Shown: positions 9,210-19,193 of the stretch, one piece after another
Layout of the letters: every line of letters starts with the position of its first letter
How positions within the stretch are numbered: the first letter of the stretch is position 1
From: Candidatus Methanosuratincola verstraetei
GTDB taxonomy: Archaea; Thermoproteota; Methanomethylicia; Methanomethylicales; Methanomethylicaceae
NCBI GenBank assembly: GCA_049570475.1
Contig: CP186953.1
Span: 128,001 to 192,000 of the forward strand
Length of the DNA: 64,000 nucleotides
Direction: 5' to 3'
Notes under the pieces: model-generated
What the model was told of the DNA's origin: nothing
The model's input: the letters and a program-made list of their open reading frames with translations, nothing else
Database searches by the model: none
Translations under genes and position numbers: made by a program

Positions 9210-9431
9210 ATTGCGGAAGGTTGCCTGGGCGCGCAGCAGCCCAAAGAAAGCCGCCTCAGCGATCTGGTCGGGCTTGGGATTCAAGCTGTGGCAATGTGGC
9301 AATCCATGAATTGGACTAATAGCTGCTGCAATATTTTTGGAATGGAAAGAGAAGAAAAGGAAAAAGATCGCTTCCAACAGCTGATCCAGTGCAAGCCTTC
9401 CCGTTTTATTCTTCCGCTCTAAAAGCCCTGG

Positions 9432-10883
9432 TCAGCCAGGGTAGATCCAGAATGCGCCAGTGATCAGGAACGGCATTATGCCGAGGGCGACGAGCGCCAA
9501 GACCATCGCGATCACCGGCAAAGCGAAAGAGATCCGATCCCGGGCGCCCGCGGACGCAGGGGTTTCCTCCCCGTACAGTATACGCCTCGCGGTCCAGAGC
9601 CCGTAGGCTGCCGAGACCACGGTGGACGCTGCTGCCAGCACGAGCACCCCCAGCCTGAATGGATCGATCCCGGCTGAGAGGAGGGAGGAGGCGAACCCGA
9701 AGAGTATGAAGAACTCCCCCCAGAAACCAAGCGTCGGCGGGATGCCCGCAAGGCTCAGGAAGGACAGGAGGAGCGATGAGGAGGTAATGGGCATCTTGCC
9801 AGCGAGCCCTCCCAGGTCATCAAGCGAGTCCGTCCCGAGGGAGCCCCGGTACTCCCCAGAGATGAGGAACAGCGCGGACTTCCCGAACCCGTGCGCGACC
9901 GCCCAGATCAGGACGCCGAGGAACCCCACATATGTAGCCGAAGCCACGCCGATGAGGACGTACCCTGCCTGGCTGATGCTCGAGTAGGAGAGCACCCTCC
10001 GGAGATCCCTCTGCCTGATCGCTGCGATCCCCCCGTAGATGATGTTGAAGAGACCGAAAGCAGCCAGCGCCCCTGAGACGCGTGGATCCGAAAGCGCGCC
10101 GGGCATGAAGGATCCGAAGATCCTTAGCAGCAGGTATGCGCCTACCGCTATGGTGGAAAACGAGAGGGCGGCCGCGAGCCTCGGCGGGGACTCGGAATAG
10201 GCGTCAGGGAGCCACCCGTGCGCCGGGAATACGGCGCTCTTGACGAAGACGCCGGCGATTATGAATGCAATCCCGAGCATCGCTCCAGGCGAGGCTGGCG
10301 TGCTGGAGGGAGCGGAAAGGGCGTCGAGTGTCCCGGTCGACCCCCACAGCATCAGGATCCCGGCGAGAAGCATCAGCGCCCCGAGCTCGGTGTAGATGAA
10401 GTACTTGATCGATGCCCTGCCCCTGCCTGGACCGCCCCACCACCCGATCGCGAGCCAGGAGGCGATGAGCGTCAGCTCGAGGAAGGCGAAGACCAGCACA
10501 AGGTTTGCCGAGAGGAAGAGGCCCGCAACGCCCGCGACATAGAGGAGGAAGAGCGCCTGGAACCCGCGCTGCGGCTTTGCCTCTCCCAAACAGCCGGAAA
10601 ATGAGACGAGCCCGGCTACCGCGAGGAGCGCGGCCAGGATCGGGGAGGAAAGCCCGTCTGCGAAGAGGGCGATCCTTCCCAGGAACGGCAGATCGGCGAT
10701 CACGAAGAAGCTCCCCCCGAGGGCGCCTGACAGGGCCAAGACCAGCCCGGAAACGGTCAGGAAGGCGCCAGAGAAGATCGCTGGGGCGCGCCTCCCCAGC
10801 CTCTCCAGCATTAATGCGATCGGCGAGGACGCCAAGAGGGCTACAATCAAGTAAAGTACAGCGGGGTTGCTCTGGAGTTCCAT
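9432..10883 (-). CDS. Antiporter-like membrane subunit (NuoM/MrpD-like) of a membrane-bound hydrogenase
   Basis: FAFLELTL, KYFIYTELG, VKSAVFPAHGWLPDAYSESP, SYSSISQAGY, LAGIPPTLGFWGEF. Confidence 0.85.
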   Translation of the reverse strand: MELQSNPAVLYLIVALLASSPIALMLERLGRRAPAIFSGAFLTVSGLVLALSGALGGSFFVIADLPFLGRIALFADGLSSPILAALLAVAGLVSFSGCLGEAKPQRGFQALFLLYVAGVAGLFLSANLVLVFAFLELTLIASWLAIGWWGGPGRGRASIKYFIYTELGALMLLAGILMLWGSTGTLDALSAPSSTPASPGAMLGIAFIIAGVFVKSAVFPAHGWLPDAYSESPPRLAAALSFSTIAVGAYLLLRIFGSFMPGALSDPRVSGALAAFGLFNIIYGGIAAIRQRDLRRVLSYSSISQAGYVLIGVASATYVGFLGVLIWAVAHGFGKSALFLISGEYRGSLGTDSLDDLGGLAGKMPITSSSLLLSFLSLAGIPPTLGFWGEFFILFGFASSLLSAGIDPFRLGVLVLAAASTVVSAAYGLWTARRILYGEETPASAGARDRISFALPVIAMVLALVALGIMPFLITGAFWIYPG

Positions 10884-12943
10884 CACGGCACCACCACCAA
10901 AAGGAGCATTGCCACGAGAAGGATCATCCCGGCGAGGGCTGCTATCAGGTTCTCATTGAGCCCCCCGGTGTGTGTCTTCTTGAGCCTCCCGACGATCCAC
11001 AGCAGCGAGGACTGGGCTGATCGCTCTGCTGACCGTAAGGCGCCCTCCTCGACCCGGTCCGCAATCCAGCCCCCCAGCCTGAACACAGGGTAGACGAATA
11101 GCGCATAGTAGGCCCTGTTGATGTACCACCTGTTCGCGAAGAAGGAGCCGATGCTCCTCAGGGGGCGCCAGGTGGGGATCCGCATGCCCCTCACGTAGAT
11201 CAGGTACGCTGGGACGGCCCCGATCACTATGAAGGCGAGGGAGGCGCCTGAGACCATGATCTGGGCTGCGGGATCCCCGAGGTGGATCTCGCCATGCACC
11301 CCAACCAGGGACCCGATGTATCCGCCGAGCAGCCTTGCAAGCCATTCCCGCTCGTACACGCCCAGGGCGCCCATGGCAATGGTAGCAGCCGAGAGGGCAA
11401 GGACGGGCAAGGACATCAGCGGCGAGGGGTCGCCCGCGTGGTGCCCATCCGCACCCCCGCCGTTGACCGCTGCAGCTGCAGGCGCAGATGGGGATCCGAA
11501 GAAGACCTTCCCGACCATCCTGACCGTGTAGAAGCATGTGATCGAGACAGTCGCGAGCGAGACCGCGAGCAGGGGGAGGCTGCCCGACTCGAGGACGGCC
11601 TCGAGGATCATGTCCTTGCTCCAGAAACCGCTGAACAGGATTGGGACACCCATGAGCGAGAGCGAGGGGATGAGGACCCCCAAGAACGTGAGAGGCATCC
11701 TTTTCCTCAGCCCGCCCATGTGATGCATGAAGCGGGACCCGGTGGCGTGAATGACAGCGCCGGCCGCAAGGAAGAGCGCGGCCTTGAAGACTGCATGGCT
11801 CATCAGGTGGAATATCCCTCCAGCGTACCCGATGTAGAACTCAGCCATTGTGCCTGCAACCCCCATCGCAAGCATCATGTACCCTATCTGGCTCACGGTG
11901 GAGTACGCGAGCACCTTCTTCAGCTCGGTCGAGACGGCTGCCTGTGTGGCTGAGACGAAAGCGGTGGCTGCCCCGACCCATGCGGCGATCTCGAAGAAGC
12001 GGATCAGACCGGGGTCTGCAGCCGCGGCTATGTAGAATATCGGGAAGACGCGGGCAACGAGATAGACCCCTGCCTTGACCATCGTCGCCGCATGTATCAG
12101 CGCGCTGACTGGCGCGGGCCCGGTCATCGCGTCAGGGAGCCACTCCATCAGCGGAAGCTGGGCGGACTTGCCTATCGCGCCGAACAGGATCAGGACCGAG
12201 GCAGGGAGCAGGAGGGGATGGGAGCCGCCCGATCCCACTCGCCCGGCGATCTCCAGGAAGGAGAAGGACCCGGTGGAGAGGGCGAGGAGGATCACCCCCG
12301 CAATCATGAGCACGTCGCCGAACCTGGTCATCAGGAAAGCCTTCATCCCGGCGTGCGAAGGCGGGTATGACTCGTTGCCCTCGCCGACCCACGTCGTCAG
12401 CCAGCTCTTCGGGTCCTTCGAGTCCCTGTACCAGTAGCCGATCAGGGCATAGGAGCAGAGGCCGACGCCCTCCCATCCGAAGAGCATCTGGACCAGGTTG
12501 TCGGACATCACGAGGAAGAGCATGCTGCCGACGAATGCGTCCATCAGGAACCAGAACCGAGTGGTGCTGGGCTCCTCCCCCATGTACCTGATCGAATAAA
12601 CCATGATCAGCGCACCGACCGCGGCTACGACGTTGGCGAGGATTATGCTTACCGGGTCCACGAGGATCCCGAAGGCTATTGCGGGAAACGGCAGATCCCC
12701 AGAAGAGCCAGCGAGCTCCACCCAGGGGGCCGTGAGCCTGATCGGGAAGTCAGCCCCGGGTATCCAGGTCGCCATTACCAGGGCGAGCGCGGCGGACGCC
12801 GCCACAGACGCTGCCCCGATGGACTCCATCGCCTTCCTGCTGATCTTGCCCAATGCCAGCACGATCAGGGCCCCAGCAAAAGGCACCAGCCAGCAGAGCC
12901 ATGCAGGCGCCAACCCTATCCAGTCACCTGAGAACACTGCCAC
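10883..12943 (-). CDS. Antiporter-like membrane subunit (NuoL/MrpA-like)
   Basis: GWEGVGLCSYALIG, KAFLMTRFGD, GKSAQLPLMEWLPDAMTGPAPVSALIHAATMVKAG, GFWSKD, and a long C-terminal lateral helix. Confidence 0.9.
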   Translation of the reverse strand: MAVFSGDWIGLAPAWLCWLVPFAGALIVLALGKISRKAMESIGAASVAASAALALVMATWIPGADFPIRLTAPWVELAGSSGDLPFPAIAFGILVDPVSIILANVVAAVGALIMVYSIRYMGEEPSTTRFWFLMDAFVGSMLFLVMSDNLVQMLFGWEGVGLCSYALIGYWYRDSKDPKSWLTTWVGEGNESYPPSHAGMKAFLMTRFGDVLMIAGVILLALSTGSFSFLEIAGRVGSGGSHPLLLPASVLILFGAIGKSAQLPLMEWLPDAMTGPAPVSALIHAATMVKAGVYLVARVFPIFYIAAAADPGLIRFFEIAAWVGAATAFVSATQAAVSTELKKVLAYSTVSQIGYMMLAMGVAGTMAEFYIGYAGGIFHLMSHAVFKAALFLAAGAVIHATGSRFMHHMGGLRKRMPLTFLGVLIPSLSLMGVPILFSGFWSKDMILEAVLESGSLPLLAVSLATVSITCFYTVRMVGKVFFGSPSAPAAAAVNGGGADGHHAGDPSPLMSLPVLALSAATIAMGALGVYEREWLARLLGGYIGSLVGVHGEIHLGDPAAQIMVSGASLAFIVIGAVPAYLIYVRGMRIPTWRPLRSIGSFFANRWYINRAYYALFVYPVFRLGGWIADRVEEGALRSAERSAQSSLLWIVGRLKKTHTGGLNENLIAALAGMILLVAMLLLVVVP

Positions 12944-12944
12944 C

Positions 12945-14456
12945 TCACCGCACCCCCATCAGAGACCTGGAGATCGCCTCGAACACCGGAATGAGCCACG
13001 GCAGGGCGAAGGTCACGCCTATGCACATGATCGAAAGGATCACAACCGGAACCACCATCGAGGCAGGGGGCTCCCCAACGCTCTCCGGGACGGCTGCGGG
13101 CTTGAATGCGATCCGCTGGGCAAGCCAGGTGTAGTAGCCGGCTGCGATCAGGCTGTTCGCAAGCACCACGGCAAAGGCTGCAGCGAGGGCAGGGTCGCCA
13201 GCCGGAAGGAGCGCGGCCAGCGGCGCAAGAACCATCAGCTTGCTCCAGAAACCGCCCAATGGGGGGATCCCTGCGAGGCTGAGGAGCCCTATCGCCATCG
13301 CGCCACCGGACCATGGCATCCTCCTCGCGATCCCCTCGAGGGACTGGATCGACCTGGTCCCAGCCGAGTGGATCATCGATCCAGACGAGAGGAACAGGAG
13401 CGACTTGCCAAGCGCGTGGTTGAGGATGTGGAAGATCGCCCCAGCCATCGCGATGTACGCAAGCCCAGCATCGGCAGGGTGTGCCCCAGCTATCCGCGAA
13501 GCCGCGCCTCCTGCCATCAAGATCAGGCCCATGTTGGCGACGCTGCTGTAGGCGAAGAAGCGCTTTATGTCCTGCTGCGCGAATACCATCAGGTTACCGA
13601 TGGTCATCGTGGCAGCCCCCAAGATAATCAGCGGGACTGCGAATCCATACGATGCAAACCCGGTGAAGAGAACCCTGAATATGGCGTATATGCCGCCCTT
13701 GATCACCAGCCCAGAGAGGACTGCGCTGACCGGGCTCGGGGCTGCTGGGTGGGCGTCTGGGAGCCATGTGTGGAACGGGACTATTGCAGCCGTCACCCCG
13801 AACCCTGTGACGATCATTGCGAGCGGGAAGTACCCGACGATCCCTGCGCCCGATAGAGCCTCCGCTATCCCGGATATCTCGAGCGTCCCGGCGATCCCGT
13901 AGATGAGCGAGATCCCGTAGAGCGCCACCAGCGACCCGACGGTGCTCATCACCAGGTACTTGAAGCCGGCCTCAAGCGGCTCCCATTCGTGCTTCCTGAA
14001 TGCGACGAGCGCATAAGACGAGATGCACATGAGCTCCCAGAAGACGAAGAGGGTGAAGAGGTCTCCCGAGACGAAGACGCCGAGCAGCCCTGCGGTGAGA
14101 AGGAGCATCAGGGAGTAGTACCTGTTCTTCCCGCGGTCGTGCTCCATGTACCTGTAGGAGAAGGCGACCGAGAGAGAGGTGACCGCGACCGCAGTGAGGC
14201 AGAGGAAGGCCGACAGGGCGTCGAGGCGCAGGCAGGATCCGGCTGGCGGACCGTAAACCCCAAGCTGGTAAGACGCAGGCACCGAAGGGACCATCAATAC
14301 CAGGAAAGTCAGCGAAGCCAAGAGCGAAGCCAGCGAGACAAGCCACCTCACGGCGCCATACGATCTCCTCCTGTAAAGGGAAGATGTGGCAGTCAGGATC
14401 ACGGCGCCTGCCAGAGGGGGCAGCAACGGGAGGTAAACGGGAAGGTCGATCACCAC
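12945..14456 (-). CDS. Antiporter-like membrane subunit (NuoN/MrpD-like)
   Basis: DLFTLFVFWELM, EAGFKYL, PFHTWLPDAHPAAPSPVSAVLSG, GIPPLGGFWSK. Confidence 0.88.
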   Translation of the reverse strand: MVIDLPVYLPLLPPLAGAVILTATSSLYRRRSYGAVRWLVSLASLLASLTFLVLMVPSVPASYQLGVYGPPAGSCLRLDALSAFLCLTAVAVTSLSVAFSYRYMEHDRGKNRYYSLMLLLTAGLLGVFVSGDLFTLFVFWELMCISSYALVAFRKHEWEPLEAGFKYLVMSTVGSLVALYGISLIYGIAGTLEISGIAEALSGAGIVGYFPLAMIVTGFGVTAAIVPFHTWLPDAHPAAPSPVSAVLSGLVIKGGIYAIFRVLFTGFASYGFAVPLIILGAATMTIGNLMVFAQQDIKRFFAYSSVANMGLILMAGGAASRIAGAHPADAGLAYIAMAGAIFHILNHALGKSLLFLSSGSMIHSAGTRSIQSLEGIARRMPWSGGAMAIGLLSLAGIPPLGGFWSKLMVLAPLAALLPAGDPALAAAFAVVLANSLIAAGYYTWLAQRIAFKPAAVPESVGEPPASMVVPVVILSIMCIGVTFALPWLIPVFEAISRSLMGVR

Positions 14457-14752
14457 TTCAGCCTCCTCAGCTCCCTGACATCCACGCTCCCGGTCTTGCG
14501 GTAGACCGCGATCACCATCGAGAGGGCGAGCGCGGCTATGGCTGCCCCAACCGAAATCGAGACTATCACGATGCTCGTGCCCAGCGGGTCGGATGCGCCC
14601 CCTGAGGATGCATACGACATGAAGTTGAGGTTCACTGCGGAGGTCATTATCTCGATCCCAAGGACGGTCTTTATCATGTTCCGCCTGGTCACGATGCAGT
14701 AGAGCCCTATGAAGAAGAGGGCCAATGCAGCAGCGCTGAATGCCTCACTCAT
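14450..14752 (-). CDS. NuoK/MrpC-like small membrane subunit
   Basis: IGLYCIVTRRNMIKTVLGIEIMTSAVNLNF, 3 TM segments, C-terminal VRELRRLKW. Confidence 0.88.
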   Translation of the reverse strand: MSEAFSAAALALFFIGLYCIVTRRNMIKTVLGIEIMTSAVNLNFMSYASSGGASDPLGTSIVIVSISVGAAIAALALSMVIAVYRKTGSVDVRELRRLKW

Positions 14753-15080
14753 CCTCTCCCACCACGCTGTACTCCCTCAGCAAGGAGGTCACCGCGACAG
14801 CAGCAGCCACGATGATCACGCCCTGCGCCATCATATCGATCCCCCGGAAGTCCCAGAGGAAGCCCGGGTCGTCGTCGAATGGTGCGGCTGATTGCCACGG
14901 CGCGGATAGGGAGAAGGACTGGCTGAATGCTATGGCTAGGAGCGCCATCGCCGCGACAGCCGCCAGCATGCCGGCCCACCTTATCCAGCCGCGGGCGACC
15001 ATACCGGCATCATCGTCCCGGCTGCAGCGGCCCGCCTCCCCCGCCCGTTCCACCTCCCCTGCCTGCCCGTCCCCAGCCAT
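14745..15080 (-). CDS. Small membrane subunit (MbhE-like / NuoJ C-terminal half)
   Basis: LWDFRGIDMMAQ resembles the DFRxxDT motif. Two TM segments. ATG 15080 is coupled to the upstream stop. Confidence 0.7.
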   Translation of the reverse strand: MAGDGQAGEVERAGEAGRCSRDDDAGMVARGWIRWAGMLAAVAAMALLAIAFSQSFSLSAPWQSAAPFDDDPGFLWDFRGIDMMAQGVIIVAAAVAVTSLLREYSVVGEDE

Positions 15081-15316
15081 CAGTCGAGCCTCCTCCTCTT
15101 CATCACATGGATCATTGCCAGGAAGAGGATCGTCACCGCCCCGGCGTTTATGGCGATCTGGTAGGCCGAGGCGTATGCGGATCCAAGAAGGTAGAATGAT
15201 ACAGCGATAAGCAGGCTCATTGCAGAGAAGGCTATTGCCATCCTCACAAGGTCCGAGACGTGGACGGCTACAAGCGCGAATGCAACGATCATTGCAGCCA
15301 CAACCAAGTCTATCAT
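15080..15316 (-). CDS. Small membrane subunit (MbhD/DUF4040-like / NuoJ N-terminal half)
   Basis: 3 TM segments, SDLVRMAI...LGSAYASAYQIAINAGAVTILF. Confidence 0.78.
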   Translation of the reverse strand: MIDLVVAAMIVAFALVAVHVSDLVRMAIAFSAMSLLIAVSFYLLGSAYASAYQIAINAGAVTILFLAMIHVMKRRRLD

Positions 15317-15319
15317 CGA

Positions 15320-15658
15320 TCACCTGACCTCCAGCGCCTTCCTGTCGAACACGGGTAGCTGAAGCTCGCTGCTCATGTATATAGCCTTCGTCGGGCAGCT
15401 CTCCTTGCACTGCCCGCAGAACATGCACCTGTCGAGGAAGAAGACGGGGCGCTTCCCCTTCTCGTCCTGGACGATCTGGATTGCAGCCGAGGGGCAGTCC
15501 TTCTCGCAGAGCGAGCAGCCGATGCAAAGCTCCCTCTTGAGCCCCACCCGGCCGCGGAATGACGGGTCAGCCTCGACCTTTCCTTCCCCAGTGAGAGAAT
15601 GCCTGCGTACCCGCTCTCGCTTGGCTTTCCTCTCCATTATGTCGCGGAGGACTGACAT
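15320..15658 (-). CDS. 2x[4Fe-4S] subunit (NuoI/MbhN-like)
   Basis: [16 protein letters not shown] and [17 protein letters not shown] coupling at 15658. Confidence 0.9.
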   Translation of the reverse strand: MSVLRDIMERKAKRERVRRHSLTGEGKVEADPSFRGRVGLKRELCIGCSLCEKDCPSAAIQIVQDEKGKRPVFFLDRCMFCGQCKESCPTKAIYMSSELQLPVFDRKALEVR

Positions 15659-16635
15659 CAGGCCAGCCTCCAAAGTATGGTAGCCGCGACCTGCGCGAGC
15701 GAGATGGGGACCAAGTAGCGCAACCCGAAAGAGACCATCTGGTCGATCCTGGCCCTCGCAAAGAGGCCCCTGATGAAAGCGAGAATCGCCACGACGAGGG
15801 CCAATTTGATCAGGAAGTACGCAGGGTAAACCAGCCACTCCAGGCCCGCGGGTGAAGGCCCAACCGGCCCCCCGAGGAAGAGGGCTACGGCTAAGCCGGA
15901 GACGAAGACCAGCTCCATGTCCTTCGCAAGCCTGATGAGGGCGAGCTTCCTACCCGAGTACTCTGTGAGCCACCCTGCGACTATCTCCTGCTCGGCCTCA
16001 GGTATGTCGAAGGGTATCCTCTCGAGCTCAGCCTGGGCGGCTACCAGGAATATGATGAATCCTATCGCCTGCGGCCCCAGCAAGGTCCACCCGTTTTCCG
16101 CCTGCCAGGACACGATCCCTGACAGGGAGAGAGACCCTGTGTGTATGCAGACCCCGGTAAGCGAGAGCATGAGCGGTATCTCAAACCCGAGCAGCTGGAG
16201 TACGGCCCTCTCTGCTCCAAGAAGCGAGAACCGGTCAGCGGAGGAGAAGCCGCCGAGGAATACCAGCATGCAGAAGAACGTCATCGAAACCAGGGCAAAC
16301 ACAACATCGCCCCTGAAGCTGACTAGCCCAGCTGATCCGGTCACGGGTACGACCGCCCAGAATGTGAAGATGAGGGCGACCATCATGATCGGCACGGCGC
16401 CGAATATCCGGCGATCTGCGTACGCCGGGGTGATGTCCTCCTTGCCCATGAGCTTGACGAAGTCGGCTAGAGGCTGCAGGATGCCCACCGGCCCAGCAAG
16501 GACGGGGCCAGCGCGGAATTGCATCCAGGCGTAGATCTTGCGGTCCAGCCATTCATAGAGGAATGAGACCGCTATCAGGAACAGGAAGCCAGGGAAGACG
16601 ATCGTCTGGAGGATCGGCAGGATCGCTGACCACAA
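15658..16635 (-). CDS. NuoH/MbhM-like membrane subunit
   Basis: [55 protein letters not shown] start at 16635. Confidence 0.9.
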   Translation of the reverse strand: MWSAILPILQTIVFPGFLFLIAVSFLYEWLDRKIYAWMQFRAGPVLAGPVGILQPLADFVKLMGKEDITPAYADRRIFGAVPIMMVALIFTFWAVVPVTGSAGLVSFRGDVVFALVSMTFFCMLVFLGGFSSADRFSLLGAERAVLQLLGFEIPLMLSLTGVCIHTGSLSLSGIVSWQAENGWTLLGPQAIGFIIFLVAAQAELERIPFDIPEAEQEIVAGWLTEYSGRKLALIRLAKDMELVFVSGLAVALFLGGPVGPSPAGLEWLVYPAYFLIKLALVVAILAFIRGLFARARIDQMVSFGLRYLVPISLAQVAATILWRLA

Positions 16636-16637
16636 GC

Positions 16638-17771
16638 CTAGACGCCCCCGGTACGCTCGACGCGCGCGGCGCAGCTGAAGCATGGGTCTATTGAAGCGAG
16701 TATCACCGGCACGTCGGCTATGTTCACCACATACCTTCCCTTTGAAGTGAGCATCCTGACCAGCGCAGGTAGGTTGGCCAGCGTCGGTGTGCTCACCTTG
16801 CACCGGTACGGCTTGTCTGATCCGTCCGAGCATATGTAGTGGAAGAGCTCCCCCCTCGGGGCCTCGACCCTGGACATCGCCTCGCCCTGGGGGGCACGCC
16901 TCGGGAGCCTCTGGAGTATCGGCCCAGCGGGCAGCTTGGAGATGCAGTGCCTGCAGATTTGGATCGACTCGAGTATCTCGTCTAGCCTGACGATTATCCT
17001 GGCATGGGCGTCGCAGCCGTCTGATGTGATTACGTTGAACGGGACCTGGTCGTGGGAAGAGTACGGGTCCTCTGCCCTGACATCGGACTTGATCCCAGAG
17101 GCCCTGAGCGTTGGACCGACTGCGGATGTCGCCGCTGCGTCCGCAGGGCTCAGGATCCCGACCCCCTGGGTCCTCTTCAGGATCGACCTGTCATTGATCG
17201 CGATCTCCCTGTACCTCTTCACCCTAGGCTCGAGATCGTCGAGCCCCTTCCTTATCCTAGAGAGGAGATCCTCGGTCACGTCACGCCTCACACCGCCGAT
17301 CACATTGTATGATGAGGTGATCCTGTTCCCGGAGAGCGCTTCCATCAGACCCAGCGTGATCTCCCGGTCGAGCCAGATGTGCATGAAGAACGTGTCGAAC
17401 CCTATCTCGTGGGCGGCAACGCCAAGCCAAAGGAGGTGGCTGTTTATCCTAGAGATCTCTTCGGCCACGATCCTCAGGAACCTGGCCCTGGCGGGTATCT
17501 CCTTGCCGTGCAGCGACTCCACAGCGAGGCAATAGGTGAGGGTCTGCGCCACATTGCAGATCCCGCAGATCCTCTCGATCAAGTACAGGTTCTGTATGTA
17601 GGTCCTGTACTCTGCAGCCTTCTCGATGCCGCGGTGGTTGTAGCTCACGTCCAGGTCGACGCCCACCACGTGCTCCCCATCGACCTTCAGCTTCAGCATA
17701 GCAGGCTCCTTCAGCGCGGGGTGCTGGGGGCCTATCGGTATGTCGAATATCCTCTCGTAGCTAGAGCTCAT
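16638..17771 (-). CDS. Group 4 [NiFe]-hydrogenase large (catalytic) subunit (NuoD-like)
   Basis: IGPQHP, HRGIEK, L1 ERICGIC, EAPRGE and L2 DPCFSCAAR. All four Ni-binding Cys are present. Confidence 0.92.
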   Translation of the reverse strand: MSSSYERIFDIPIGPQHPALKEPAMLKLKVDGEHVVGVDLDVSYNHRGIEKAAEYRTYIQNLYLIERICGICNVAQTLTYCLAVESLHGKEIPARARFLRIVAEEISRINSHLLWLGVAAHEIGFDTFFMHIWLDREITLGLMEALSGNRITSSYNVIGGVRRDVTEDLLSRIRKGLDDLEPRVKRYREIAINDRSILKRTQGVGILSPADAAATSAVGPTLRASGIKSDVRAEDPYSSHDQVPFNVITSDGCDAHARIIVRLDEILESIQICRHCISKLPAGPILQRLPRRAPQGEAMSRVEAPRGELFHYICSDGSDKPYRCKVSTPTLANLPALVRMLTSKGRYVVNIADVPVILASIDPCFSCAARVERTGGV

Positions 17772-18232
17772 CCCGGACCAGACCTCCTTGGCTCCGGAGC
17801 GGCAGTGGCAGGGGTGAAAGCCTTCCTGAGCGGGTAAACCCCAGCAGGCCAGTCCTCAGAGACCATGAACCTTGAAGGCGACGGATGGCCCTCGAACTCG
17901 ACCCCGAGCAGGTCCCGGACCTCCCTCTCCCTCATCTCTGCCCCAGGCAGAATGTCAGAGACCGAGGATATCTTCGGTCTGGACGGGTCCAACCTCACCC
18001 TGACGGTTACCATCAGCGAGGATCCCAGATGGAGCAGGAGGTCGATCCCCTCCTTCATGTCCACCCCGGTCATCGCGACCACATGGTTGAAACCCAACCC
18101 GGCTAGTCGCCCTACGACACCCCTGTAGGCATCCCTTGAGCAGGCCACGAGGATGCGCCTCTCCGACAGCGCCTTAATCTCCTGGACGCCTTCCGCGCCA
18201 GTCAGGGCCCGAATGGCTTCTTCCGCGTTCAT
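17768..18232 (-). CDS. NuoC-like subunit
   Basis: AMTGVD, SVSDILPGAEMREREVRDLLGVEFEGHP, YPLRK. ATGA overlap at 18229-18232. Confidence 0.88.
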   Translation of the reverse strand: MNAEEAIRALTGAEGVQEIKALSERRILVACSRDAYRGVVGRLAGLGFNHVVAMTGVDMKEGIDLLLHLGSSLMVTVRVRLDPSRPKISSVSDILPGAEMREREVRDLLGVEFEGHPSPSRFMVSEDWPAGVYPLRKAFTPATAAPEPRRSGPG

Positions 18233-18672
18233 TTGCAACCAACCCCTGCCTTCTTTGCGACCTTGGATATGCCGTCGAGTATCGCCTCGGGCTTCGGCGG
18301 GCACCCAGGGACATAAGCATCGACCGGCACTAGCGAATCGAGCCCCGGATAGACGTTGTAGCAAGGCCCCTTGCCTCCATTCGAGAAGACCCCTCCGCTT
18401 ATGCAGCAGGTGCCGACTGCAACCACCTTCTTCGGATCAGGCATCTGCTCGTATATCCTGAGTATCCTTCCGCTCGCCTGCCTGGTTACCGGCCCGCTCA
18501 CAACAAGGATATCAGCATGCCTCGGGCTGCCCTTGAGCAATGCACCGAGGCGCTCGACGTCATATTTCGGCGTCAGGGTCGCGAATATCTCGATGTCGCA
18601 GCCGTTGCACGATCCGGTGTTGAAGTGCAGGATCCAAGGGCTCTTCCTGAAGGCCCAGTCGATTATGCCCAC
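18229..18672 (-). CDS. Hydrogenase small subunit (NuoB-like)
   Basis: GSCNGCDIE, SPRHADIL, AVGTCCISGG, VPGCPPKPE. Confidence 0.92.
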   Translation of the reverse strand: MGIIDWAFRKSPWILHFNTGSCNGCDIEIFATLTPKYDVERLGALLKGSPRHADILVVSGPVTRQASGRILRIYEQMPDPKKVVAVGTCCISGGVFSNGGKGPCYNVYPGLDSLVPVDAYVPGCPPKPEAILDGISKVAKKAGVGCK

Positions 18673-18673
18673 A

Positions 18674-19012
18674 TCAGCGCCTCCTGTACGTCATTATGGC
18701 ATACAGAGCCAACCCGGAGAGAGCGATGTAGGCAATTGGGAGGAAGACATTGGATGCAGAGAAGGAGAAGATCAGGACGATCGAAATGACGTCGAATATC
18801 AGGAAGAATGCAGCAAAATCAAACATGTGGATACTCACAGGAACCTGTTCAGGCGGGAGCTCTTCACCGCACGCATATGGCTGGAGCTTGGCGCCCTTTT
18901 CGGCCCCTTCGCCAACGTTTTTGCCTCCAGACCGCCCGCACAGGTACACGAGGGCAGCCGCCAGCAACGCCAGCGCAAAGACCCCTGCAGGGCCGGCCAG
19001 ATCCAAGAACAT
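18674..19012 (-). CDS. NuoA-like membrane subunit
   Basis: KLQPYACGE loop, FAAFFLIFDV, 3 TM segments. Confidence 0.82.
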   Translation of the reverse strand: MFLDLAGPAGVFALALLAAALVYLCGRSGGKNVGEGAEKGAKLQPYACGEELPPEQVPVSIHMFDFAAFFLIFDVISIVLIFSFSASNVFLPIAYIALSGLALYAIMTYRRR

Positions 19013-19193
19013 GGCTTTCCCGACCGATAGAAAGGATGCTGAAGGGGTATATATATCTTATATAACCATGCAATAAAGCCGCAAAAGCGGAGTAAAATCT
19101 ACAAAATCCCGAATCGATGCTGGGCAGGGGCAGCATGCACGAAAACGCAGGATTAGGCCGGCATCGGCGTTGGCGTCGGTCTTGGCTTCGGAA

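Noticed and set aside
12603-13856. Long antisense ORFs (also 244-972, 22362-23519, 25682-26551, 42117-43025, 53445-54509, 55403-56434)
   Set aside because: They are shadows of well-supported genes in GC3-rich DNA and carry no recognisable motifs.
14745-15527. The 260-aa ORF as one protein
   Set aside because: Its 5' part overlaps the NuoI-like and MbhD-like genes in other frames. The coupled ATG at 15080 gives a sensible small membrane subunit.
16630-16645. Pyrrolysine/TAG read-through fusing the NuoD-like and NuoH-like genes
   Set aside because: The downstream gene is in a different frame and has its own TTG start.
9432-19012. Calling the complex Fpo/Nuo or Mbx/Mbs
   Set aside because: Both CxxC Ni-binding motifs are intact in the large subunit.
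19157-19192. Degenerate GGCNTC hexamer run after the TrxR-like gene as a repeat array
   Set aside because: It is too short and degenerate, with no repeat-spacer structure.
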